45,686 bases of DNA from assembly GCA_008636045.1 (NCBI GenBank), contig SNRW01000012.1:1-45686 (forward strand), in the 5' to 3' direction. Of the stretch, positions 28,401-40,900 are shown in pieces (positions within the stretch are counted from its first letter, which is position 1; every line of letters starts with the position of its first letter). The notes under the pieces were generated by a model. It was not told where the DNA came from. It saw only the letters and a program-made list of their open reading frames with translations, and searched no databases. Both the position numbers and the translations under genes were made by a program. This DNA comes from Streblomastix strix (lineage: Eukaryota).

Positions 28401-28953
28401 AATGTTGGCTCCAGAAGCATTTTATTCTGATTATGAATCTTATTCTTCTCCATAATTATCTTAATAACAATAAAATAATAACTTTATTAAATTAAACACA
28501 TAATAACAAAAAGAAGCAGTTCTCAGACTATTTGCAATTGAAAACCCTGGGCTGATTATTGATGAAGATGAATGTAAAAGATAGATATTAGAAATGAAAT
28601 TCAATAATAAAGAATAAAAGAAGAGTATTGATAAGAAATTAAACCATTTAACTGAGAACCAATTAATGAATCTTTACTTTGATTTGAAAGAAGAAATACT
28701 TTTTGGATTTGATAAGAAAACGCATTGGCCGAGAATTGCTTCACTCGATCGCTCATAGAAACAAGAACTTGTTGTTTGTGTGAATGAAGGACTGCATAGC
28801 AACATCGATGGAGATTAGGATGGAGAAATGAAATAATAGAATTCCAACAGTGCAGGATTTATTCACACTGAAGATTTGCCGCAAAGACTTCACATGAGTT
28901 TTAGCGACGATATTATTGAGGTTCACACATCACTTGGAATTGGATCCTTGTGA
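22409..28953 (+). CDS. RAB3GAP1: Rab3 GTPase-activating protein catalytic subunit-like (RAB3GAP1 family), ~2097 aa
   Basis: Ordered motifs resembling RAB3GAP1: YEIYDFTNVTPFEENVTKVEKEL, ERFFGISNFLFVQP, LMSIMSLAIRNNGSIIPCFV, SSPFYSLL, VHQKLEIINYCI, WIPETEDP, LLQDINAFKSVN, QFVYWRFP, PQRLHM. Exons 22409-22655, 22717-25506, 25620-26839, 26917-28953. No internal TGA seen. Confidence 0.78.
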
Positions 28954-29400
28954 ATCCTAAATAAAACAATTTTATTTAAATATTTTATCATTTTTACAAT
29001 TAAAGTAGACTTCTGGAGAAAAATGAGGGGTTAAAAATTCTTTATTTTATTCCACTTGAAAATTTAGAAAAGTTTAAATTAAATGTTAAATCTGAATATA
29101 TCAATATAAAGCATAGCAACTTTTTATTGAAATTCTTCTTTTTTGCAAGCAATAACTACCTCGCCGTAAAGAAAAAAAAAATATTTCTTTTTACATTTAC
29201 TAACAAGTTCCCAGTGAAACTTAGTTAATCTATGTATAATATTAAATAAAGCAAATTATTCTATTTAATTTCAAATACTTTTTATTCTAACTCTTTGTTA
29301 TTAGCTCAAAATAATAATTATTATTAAAATGCGATTTTTCTTAAATTCATTGGTCTTTTTGATATGCTTTTGTTTTTATTTAATCATATTTTATAATTAG

Positions 29401-32400
29401 ATGGCAAAATCACGATTTGATGAAGGGGTTGAACTAGATGAAAATGGAGAAAACAAAGTATAATTATAATTTAAGAAATTTTAAATTCAAATAACATAAT
29501 TTTTTATCTGGCTTTTCAGACATCTTCTGCATAATTTTTGAACTTTTCAGGAGATAATGTGGTTCTAATCAGTTAAATTCCAATAACAGCAGATATTAAT
29601 GAATTAGAAGAATATCTCGGAAAGTTTGGATAAATTCAGTATGATTTTTTTCCTGAATAATAATTTTCGAACTTTTGTGATATTTTCAGATATTTGTGGA
29701 TTGAAGAGCCAAATGGTATAGAGACCAGATAAGCACTGATTATTTTATCTTCAATAGAAGCGTATGAGAACATTATAAGTCAAACATAACTGTATTTCTC
29801 AGACTCATTTATTCTAATTGAGAAATGCAGCAACTTATTGTAAGATATAAGCAAAAAACATTTTGAATTGATCAACGAGCAAAATAAAGATGAACAGAGA
29901 ATAAAAACATAATAATTCTATAAAAGTGGGATAATAAATTATATTGGAGAGGTACTATCAAATATTAATAAAGAGAGATAAGATGTGAAAGATTAAAATG
30001 GAAACTTTCCTGATATTTCTGCAAATAGTCTTCTTCTTACTAAATTTAGTTGTAATATCATCCTCTGCTTTATTGCGCACATTCCAACTATTATAGAAGA
30101 AATTGAAAAAATTAAAATTCCTACTTAATTAATAATGATAATAAGCTCACTCACAACACATGATGTTACTTTCTTCCACATGGAACTGTTGAACAAAATT
30201 ACAAAAGTAGGAAGTTAGCAATTGAGAAAAGAAATGAATAAAACCAGAAATGTACTAAATTTGGTTCGATTTCTTAATCATTCTAATGAATTAATTAGAA
30301 TATGTTCAATGAATATTATATATAATATCATGCATATTGATAAAGACAGATAAGATCTAAGAAATAACCATCCTCAATATTTGAAGATGAAGAATAATGG
30401 TACAATCAATATTATTAGTTAGATTATTAGAAGGGAATTTTCTGATGAAATGAAAAATAAAGCAGCCTTTGTTGTAGGGACACTTATGAGTAAATAGATA
30501 TTGGAACCAGAACTGAAGAGAGAATTGATATAATAATTAAAGAGTGGAATTGAAAATTGTATACGAGAGGTTATTATTGAAAGGTTAAATGTACTTTGTG
30601 GGTTAGCATTATAGGAATGTTTGCCATATTATTATTTTTAATGATTAAATCATTATTCCTTATTTTTTATTAGAAAATAATTCTGAAATTGCATCTGACA
30701 AATTCATTGAGAAATTAGTTGAATTTTCAAATTCAACGAATAATGATATAAAGAGTTATGCACTTGAATTATTGTTAATTATAGTTGAAAATTCTGGATC
30801 CGAAATTGAATTAAAAATAAGAAACTCTATTGATAATATGAAGTTCTTAGAACTTATTGGAGATTTGAATTATGGATATTTTGATGAAAGAGTTGTGAAT
30901 CTTACTCTGAATTGGACAAATAGCGAACATATAAAATCCATCAAAGAACTTAATTCTATTGTACAAAAGTACAATAATTCAATTTTATAGAAAAAGAATG
31001 AAATATTAAATGAATAATTAATTCCAATTATTCTTTCATTATTAAACTTTGTAAATGAATAATTATCATAAAAAGAATAGAAAGATATAAAAATTCCATT
31101 AGAAATATTGGGAGCAATAAATTTATGTTGTTCGATTATTGAAGATATTACTTGTGATAAAGAAGTAATTACTATAATTAATAAAACAACCATATAATAA
31201 GAATTAATTATTTTACTAAAAAATCTTCCTGCTTCTTAAACAAAATCAATTCATATTAATTCATTTTTCAATTTGATTGAAGATTTGAAGTCGCCTTTAT
31301 AAATGTCAAAACTTTATTAATTAGGGATAATTTAGACTTTTACTAGATTTCTAATTAATTATTAAACATCTTATATAGTAAATGTTAAGAATGTAATTAT
31401 TTGCTTCATAAATATTGGACTATTGTTCAAATCTTCAATTTAGTAATTTTCATTAAAAATGCATTTCTAATCTTAGCATTTATTCTTTGATGATCTTCTT
31501 AAGGATGGAACAATAAATATATTTTAATAAATTACAAATTCATAAAACAATAATATTGAAATTTCAAAAGTTATTAATAATTGCTTAATACTACTTTATA
31601 ATGGACATCATTTTCCAATAAATTATCTTGATCAGGCCCTTATTCTATTGAAAAAAGAGATAGAAGATGATATCATAAATAAAAACTAAAATTTACAGGC
31701 ATTATAATCACTATAAATTCTTTCATTTAATTAAGAAAATCATGAAATTATTCTGAAATCTGGTACACTTTAATACTTAATTCAAATAATTTCATAATTT
31801 TAAACTAAATAATAATAATTATTAATTAAAATATTCAGTTATCTATATGAGAGAGGAAACATAATCGTAAAAAACCATATCAAAGAAATTTTACCAATTA
31901 ATACGATTGAAAGACTAATTAACAGACAAAAACTTGGACTTATATACTATTCGAGTGATTATAATGAAGATATTATTTAAAACAATCTCAATTTAGAAAT
32001 ATTTAGATTTATTTCATATTAAAAAGAAGAAATTATAATGAATTAAGTAATAGCAATTAAAAATAATGTTATTTAATATTGTTATTAATTGCAAGAAAAA
32101 TATGATTAAATGAATAATAATTTGATAAACAGTGAAAATATCAGATTATTATTAGATAATAAAGAATAAATCATTGTTTATAATGATGAATACATTAAGA
32201 AAAATCTTTGTGTATAAATAAAGATTATGGCTATAATTGTTAATGAAATTTAAGATAAAGAATTAGCTTATGGTGCAATGATTGCTGTAAGAGAGGTAAT
32301 TTATATAATTATGTTTGATTTAATAAAGAGATGGGAAGAAGAAAATATTAGTTATATTCTTGATAAGTTACAAGATATAGTGAATAATTCTGATGATAAA

Positions 32401-33822
32401 ATGCTCGTTAATTTATTTGATATAGATACATTTAAATGTATCAGATTTATTATTGAAGAATGTAAATAATCAAAAAATTAACTTTAATTGAAGCTTAAAG
32501 TTTTAATTTTTACAGTTAATGTATTATAAAGAAGTGCACAAATGGGTTATGATATTGAATACAATCATTTGAACTATGCATTGATAAAAAGTCATTTACC
32601 AGTTTTAATAAAATAAATTCTTGAAAATGAAACTTAGCTGGTAGAAATAAATGAAGAAATAAAATATTTAAATGATAACATTAATCTTCAGTTAGCAATT
32701 GCATATTGTTGTATAATTAAAGGCTACTGTATTGATGAAAAGTTATTAAAAATTATTGGAACTATTCTTATTAACAAACTCACGTCATTTATTAATTTAA
32801 TTAAACAATAATAATAATCTATTAATTCTTAAAATCAAAATCATCATATAAAGAAAAATAATTGTGATATTAGAATTGAAATTGATAATAAAGATATTTA
32901 ATTAATTTAGAAAATCATATTTTCCCTTGGAATTTTAGGATCTGCTGAAGTTCATGTAAATATTCTTATAAATTAATTAAAGATATTTGACATACTCTTA
33001 CCATTAATTCATATTAATTGCAATTGTCCTTCAACAATTTCATTATCAGACAAAAATTCATATACACAATTAATTTCTACAATATTCATCTCACTCAAAT
33101 TTATAGTGAATAATTCAACATAAGAATAAATAAATAAATAAAACTCTGAATACAATTTAATTGATCACATTATTCCTTACATACTTAACAATTCAAATCT
33201 TATTAACTCAAATAGGATCAAACTATCATCATTGTAATATAATCACAATAATAATAATAATGCAGTTAATCTTATTTCTCATCAACAAAGAAATAATGCA
33301 TTTCATCTATTCTTTGCAATGACAGATTCTAATTTAATTGCTAAGCAATTTCTTCTTGATTCTAATTTCAATAAATTCCTCAAACAATACATTTAAAGTA
33401 GATAAATTTATAACGAAATTAAGAAAAAATCTCCAAACGATTCGAATAATTTCTTAGAAGCGATTTAGATGCTTCTAGTAACAGTCCCAGAAAAAATGAT
33501 TGAAAAAGTGTATATTAAATATAATATATTGAAATTATTATTAATAATAATAGGATGCGCTGGTGGAAATGGTTCTGATTATGATGAAATACTCTCAATA
33601 TCCCTCAATTAATTTAAAGGAAAAATTTAAAAATTTTTGAATATTCCCCAAATGAATCATTCAAAATAACGTTCAAATTAAGTTATATAATTATTTGAAG
33701 AAGAAGGATTCTATGAAGAATAAAATGCATTGAATTTCCACTCAGATATACGAGAAAATATTGGAGTTAAACTATATGCAAATGAAATAAACTCACTCAT
33801 CATCTGGAAAATAGGGGTCTGA
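29401..33822 (+). CDS. RRM + ARM/HEAT-like protein (paralogue 3), ~1417 aa
   Basis: N-terminal RRM-like VVLISQIPITADINELEEYLGKFGQIQYLWI...ALIILSSIEAYENII; family motifs PLIHINC, IGCAGGNG, LFEEEGFYEE. Exons 29401-29457, 29520-29638, 29690-30618, 30674-33822. Confidence 0.8.
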
Positions 33823-33880
33823 ACGAGTTTATGTAATATGCTTTTCCATATTCAAGCAACAATAAATAGGTATAAATAAA

Positions 33881-33901
33881 TGTTTGTTTGTTTGTTTGTT
33901 T
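33881..33901. repeat. (TGTT)n microsatellite
   Basis: tgtttgtttgtttgtttgttt, about 5 units, ~60 nt after the paralogue 3 stop. Confidence 0.7.
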
Positions 33902-34286
33902 AATAATAGTAATAATAAAGGAAATATAAAATAATATGAATTTCATTCTAAAATATTATGGTTTATCTAATAAATCTACACAGAAGTAACTTATTCTTCA
34001 ATCCATGCTCATTTATTCTAATGAACTGATATATACTCTCATAAAAATTGTATAGAGGTTCTAATCCTTGAATATATATTTTTATTTTAAGATTTTCTTT
34101 TAAAAATTTTTACGATTCTCATGTATCTAGATTTTATTTATCAATATAAACAAGTATTTACTTTTATGTATCTATTTTACATATTTTTCCCCACAATTTT
34201 ACATAATTTTAATAATTTTCTTATTGTTTATTTCCATGTTTTCTTTTATTATTGAATTTCTAATAATTTGACTCTCATTGATAGAA

Positions 34287-37017
34287 ATGAGTAGTAATTC
34301 AACAAAAAACTCGGATAATTTTCGTGGTTCAATCAATTTTGATGAAAAGAAGGAAATTAACACTTAGGTAAAAGCACTTAACTTGATTTTTAATTTTTAA
34401 TTTTTATTTAATTTTATTTTGGTAATTTTTCAATCTAATTAATATGTACTAATCAATATTTTAGAATAATGTTGGAAATAGTGCTGTAAATAATCAGGAA
34501 AATATATAAACCGAGACTTAATTTCTATCTGGATAGTAAGAATTACAATAATTAGCATTTTCTTCTTCGTAATCCCTCGAATAGGTTCAATCTCCAATAA
34601 TAGATTAGTTTTAAAACCAGTCACTTCTCCAAATACAATATATAACACTCAATGATCTCAAAATTTAATTATAAGAAATAGAATCTCTAATCAATGCTGA
34701 ATAATCGTCAGTTGATTTATTCAATAAACTATCCAATACATTACAAACTATAAGAGCAGCATAAATTCATGAGGAATTAAGAATAAATTAAGAAATATAA
34801 AAATTAATTCATGAAATAGTAGAAAGTACATCAGAAATAACATATAGCATAATAAAAGATAATTAAGGTGTTGAATTTGCTCTTCAATCAGGTTTAATAT
34901 TGGAATTTATTGAAATTATAAAAAACACTCCATTTGATTAATTATCAGAAAATCTATTAGATGTGATATACAAAATAAGTTCAGAAAGTTCACCAGATCA
35001 AACTCATTATTTATTTAATATGTGAGTAATTCAATTTCTAGTCCCAGCCCTTATTAATAATAACAATAATAATATTAAAGAATTAATACTCAGAACATTC
35101 TACATAGTCATAAGGAAAGGGTGGAAACAAATTAAATAAACTTCTTTGCCAACACAATCTTCTTCTTCTCAATCTTAACTGTAATAATTACTTAATCATT
35201 CTTTTCTTCATCCTTATTTGGCTGAAATTGAACAAATGAGATTAATTAAAATATTAATAGAAAATATTTTTTTGAATGAATAAGTAAATTTGGATATTAA
35301 AAGAAATATATGCTATATTCTTGATGACATTTATTACGAAAGAGTCAAATTTCCTTCAGATTATTAAGTTAAGATAATTGAATATGTTAGTGAATAAGGA
35401 AAATCACTAGACTGGAAGAATTAATTCAATTCTTTTGAAATTCTTTCATATTTAGCCAAGAATTAAGGTTTTTATAATTTTGGAACTTCATAAACAAAAA
35501 ATTGACTAAATTTGATATAATAAATATTTCATTTCTTAATTTTAAAATTAAAATTCTATTTATTTTATTAAAATATAGAATATCATGATTCAATTATTAC
35601 TTCAGGTGGAATGGAAATAGCAACTGAATTTATAAAGTATGATATTAAAAAATATTATTGAAATATTAAAATTTGCCTTATCATTATTTCACTATTATAT
35701 ATATTTTTATTACTAGCAAAAAATAAGATGGAGAAAACATTCTTAATAAGGTAATATTTGATACTTCTATGAGATTAATATTAAATCTCTATCTCTTTGG
35801 AACACCAAATACACAATAATAAATATAATAAATATTTACATTTGAAAAACTTTAACAATATTAAAATATTGAAGCAAAATAACTTCTGAGTTCATATTTA
35901 TATTCAGATTAGATGAAAGAATTATTTAGAATTAAAAGAATTGTGAATAAAACTGGGTAGAATGTTTAAATTGAGATGATTAAAGCAGGATTAATAAATA
36001 TACTATTTGAAACAATTGAGAAATCAGTTAATGAAACACATAGTGAAGGAAAATTTCATGTAATTAGTTTGATTATTGGAGCATTAATATAGAATAATTT
36101 GGAAACTAGTCGAATGATAATTGAATAAACATAATTCGTTTAACGATATCTTCATCTTATCAAATCTCTCAATCCAAACAGTTTCAAATCAGAATATCTT
36201 TATCCACTCGAAACTCTAAGCATTAATATTCCAATTTAATTCATGAACAACTTGATTTCAATGGGTATTTTTCACTAAATGATGCTGATGATTGATTCTA
36301 AAGATAAGGATATAAGAAAGAGTGTAATTTATATTATTTCACATATTATAGGAGCCGATTTCAAATTGCTTAAAGAAGGATAATAACACCCATTACGCTA
36401 ATAATTGACTAATGATGGAACTATAGCAAAAATGATCTAATTATACAAAGATAAAGAAAATAAAAATATTGATTTTAAGATTTCAGAAATTATTGCTCAT
36501 ATTTTAAAAGCATCTGAACTTAATGCAGATTCAAACGTTGAAATCATTTAATTATTCAAAGAAAAGACAAGATTTGATGAACTCGCCCTTATAGCTGAAA
36601 ATCCTGGTATATGAATTGATTTAAACAAATTATTTGTTATTTAATTTGAATTTTATTAATTTTTTATATAAATTAATAATTCAAGCCAACCATGAAGCAA
36701 TTCTTTCAAATTATTTTGTGAAGAAGCTATTTTAGTATGAAATCATTTCCTTACAAAGCCTTAACCTCACAATTCCTTTGCTCAAATTTGGATCATACAA
36801 TACTAAGAAATTAGTGATATTAGCGATAAAACAGAAAGTTGAGATATTGAAAAGTGATTAATATTTAGATAAATAAGCACATGAAAGTAATTATTTGACA
36901 AAAGAGAAGAAATAAATACATATTAAAGCTAAGATAGCATTTGCTTTGATTCGATGGGTTGAAGGAATGATTGAAGAAGAAGGAGATTATGAAGAAATAG
37001 ATGCAAAATAATTATGA
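34287..37017 (+). CDS. lineage-specific ARM-like protein (paralogue 4), ~787 codons; one internal TGA
   Basis: ARM-like helices (LSYLAKNQEYHDSIITSGG; LALIAENPANHEAILS; QHPLRQQLTNDGTIAKMI), C-terminal IEEEGDYEEIDAK. Exons 34287-34367, 34465-35467, 35579-35636, 35717-36606, 36686-37017. Confidence 0.8.
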
Positions 37018-37934
37018 AAATGAATGAATTGATTTTAAGAATGATAATGATTAACAAATATGAAGATAAAATGAATGTAAAAAGATTATTAGATAAAGTT
37101 TAATCAAGAAACCATTCTCAGATTTCAACTCATTCATTCAGATTTCATCTCATTCATTTTCATAATACTAAGTTTGAATTCATCTCTTAAATGATTAATA
37201 TATGCCATAACACATTTTCCCTAAAGAAAATGAATATTTTTAAACATTCTACAAACTTCTTTCCTATTATCATTCTATTTATATCTTCTCGTTCATCATA
37301 ATTTTAATTTTTTCTATCATAGTATTTATCTTTCATACAACTCAACTGCTTATCATATATTATCAAACATATTTCATTTTTATCATCAATATGTTCAATA
37401 CAATAGTAAATATAATATTTATTTATTATTAATTTTGCTTTAATTTAAGGAAATAATAAAAAGTTAGCTTTATTTTGAGACATGATTGTTTAATATTTAC
37501 TTTTTTATAATATTTCTAAAATAAAATAACGAATTGTGAATAAATCATTAATATAAATAACCAATTTAATGATATTTATGCCTTGAAAACATACTTTCTT
37601 TATTAATATAAGATTTTTTCCACAAATTCAACAATTTTTTCATAGACAATACATTAAAAAAAATTTAAAAAATAATTATTATATATTTGATATAATAATT
37701 ATTTTGTTTACTTTCATTTCATCAATATATATAACAATAAAAATAATTTTTTAGAAAAAGCCAATTTTTTTACACAATTCACCTTTTTATAATTAATAAT
37801 CAAATTTTTCTCTTAAGTATTATATTTTTCCATTATATTATTTCAAATTTATATATATATTATCTCTGTGAATAAGCATAAAATATCTCAAATAAAATTT
37901 TAAAGAGTTTTTCTCTATTTTATTCCTCCGTAGT

Positions 37935-40900
37935 ATGACTTTATCTACTGAATCCGTACCAGATATATCCAACTAGCGAAAGGATATGATTATCCTTGAA
38001 ACTTTGTCCTAACCTGGCGAGATTACATCAGCAGCAGTTGGACATTTCTTAAATCGCAAGTAATTCACCCTTGTTCTTGCAAAAGTATAATAGTGTCTTA
38101 TTTTATTTTCTATATTTTTATATTAAATTCATTTTCTAGCAAACAATCCTTTCAATATTCAATTATGATGCAGAATCTGGAACATTTAATCTACTTGATC
38201 ACAAACCCACCTTTAAATAAATCTTCAGCATTCACACGGTTCCCTAACAACACATGTAGGCCAATTACTTTGATTATATTATCTATTATAATATTTTTAT
38301 ATATTTATTATCAGTCTTGATTGTATTCTGATAATCACTGTGAATGGAGAAGGTATAGTGGTATAATGGCATGAGAATGACTTCTTCCCATTAGTTGCTG
38401 GATAATATTTAGATGCTGCATTGAGTATAATGGAGAATCCCCTAAGAAGGAGATATCGTGTTGATCCAGTATCTATTTATTTAATTTTATTATCAGATCA
38501 TAATATATAATTATTTATTTTATATTTACTTCAGACATTTTTATAGTATATTCAAACAATTCCAATACATTCATCCTCAAGTTAACAACTTTCAAAGCCG
38601 AGTTAAATATCAAGATCCAAACCAGTGAATGAGAATGAAATAACAGATACAGACTTATAACCATCAGATATTATCGATGCAGATCCACTTCTTTCCTAAC
38701 GTGTTCTAACTCGATCACTCTGTTTCATTGATGAATCAGTATTAGTGGGTTTGAGTTATGATGGAGCTGGATCTGATCTAATGTATGCTATATCTCAGAA
38801 TATGGATGAAACATTGGATAATATTCCACAAATGTTTGGATGGGGTGATGGATATGAAGCTGTAATTGAGAATGGATTGGAACATATTTGGAGAGCTAAA
38901 TAGAAATAGAAAGTCAATAATAGGACAAAGACAATATAAGAAAATGAAAAAGAAAAAGAAAATAAAAAAGAAAAAGTAGTAATTGCATAAGCAAGTATGT
39001 TTATTTTCTCCGAAGAAGGAAATTGTGAAACATTTCAAGATAAGAATATTATTTTGGACAATATCCTTCGCATTCGCCATGTAGAATGTATGAATAGTAT
39101 GATATTGTCAGATTTCCCATTCAATTAATCTGATGATAGAGATCATTCCAATGATGAAATAGTTAATATATATGCAATTGTTGATACTGCGGAAGGCGTA
39201 TCACTTCTTTCATTTAACTTAGATTACATTAAATAGACAATGAAATTAGGACCATTTGTAATCATTGGAATACCAAATTCTTCATCAAGAATTATTGTTC
39301 TTAGTAATGAATAAAACTAAGATTAAAATTAATTAGCTGATGATATTGCTCATTAAGTATTAAAAGGAGCAGAATAAGTTGAAGTTGAATAAATTGCTAA
39401 TATAAAAGATTATGATTTACTTACCGCATTAAAAGGAAAGTCGATTAATGATGATGATGATAAATAATTATAATAAAGTTTAATTTAAGCGAAATAACTA
39501 TAGAAATTAATTCGTCATAAAAGATCCAAAGCAGAGATGCTTTCAATACAAATCAAATAGATTGAAGAAGTTTAAACAAATAAAGATGAAATATTACCTG
39601 GAGAAATTTTATCTCCTTTAATAAAATCATCTTTTGATACTCACTCTGAATCAACTTAATAAACAAATAAATCAATAAAGAATAATAAAAATAATAATCA
39701 TTCATTTATACCATATATTCTTGCATCATCCAAAGCAATTATTCTTCAATAATCAATTAATAAAGCTTTTATATTCCCATTTTCTAATGCACTTCCAATT
39801 CCTCCTTTTGGATTCTGCCATGTTTATGTTGAAGACAGAACTGAATAAGTATAAGATTAAAATTCAGACTAATAAAAAGAATAACATTAATCTCCTCAAA
39901 TATTTTAATAAGAAGATTAAAATTAATCACAATAATTTATTCATAAATTATTACTTGGAGGAGGAAAAGATATTCTTACCATTCAAGATGGATAGATTCA
40001 TGCACAACATTACGAGAATAAATGCATTAATGACATAGAAGTTATTTAACCTAAAAGAAATAAACCAAAACGAGATAAATAAAAAACCAAAATACTAAAT
40101 AGTTTTTAACACACAACTGCTGTTATTACTTCAACAAGTGGATTTCCAATTCTGATGTAAATTGAAACAGGAATAATAAAAGAAGTAGATGATGATGATG
40201 ATTTCTGTCTTCCAACTGGAAACATCCAACAAGTCATTAATATTCTTCCCAAATGGTAGAATCAACATTAAATACAAGAAGATCGAATGGCTTTTGGAGT
40301 TGCACATGGAATATCTGGAACTGGTGAAATACAACTTGTTTCTGTTGGTCATAAATTGAAAGAGATAATTCAGGACGATTGGAGTTGTAATGAAAACACG
40401 AAACTTTTCAGTTCATAATACTATGCAGGTTGAGGAGCAAGAGAATTTCTATTAGCTCAGCAAGAAAATGATGATGAAACATAAATATCTGAATCTGGAT
40501 CTGAATCTCCTTTTGAAATTAATTCAAACTCACCAGTTATGTAATATTTACATGAAATAAGTATTCCAATCATTCAATAAGATTAAGAAGTTTAATTTCC
40601 TGAATTTAAAGACAATTCCTTAATAATCAATAAAGCAAATAATATCAAAAGAAAATTATCTAATAGTAAATCAATTAATAAGAAGCTTTCCACAAAATTA
40701 TTCTAAATTAGTGAGGGCAAAATCGCAACTCTTGATCCAACAAGTTTTGGTTTTGATCCGTATTAGAGAATGATTGAATTTCATGAAATATAAGGAGGAA
40801 TGACATTTATAACTGAGAATGAAGTAACTATATTTTGTACATTGAAATACAAAGGCAAGATCAAATAAATCGACGAAGATGAAAAGAAGAATTAAAATCA

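Noticed and set aside
35022..35050. GTGAGT donor overlapping the internal TGA of ARM paralogue 4
   Set aside because: An intron here would remove the TGA, but the downstream sequence reads as an ARM helix (VIQFLVPALIN...IKELILRTF) and lacks the typical intron composition. This remains the weakest of the 8 sites.
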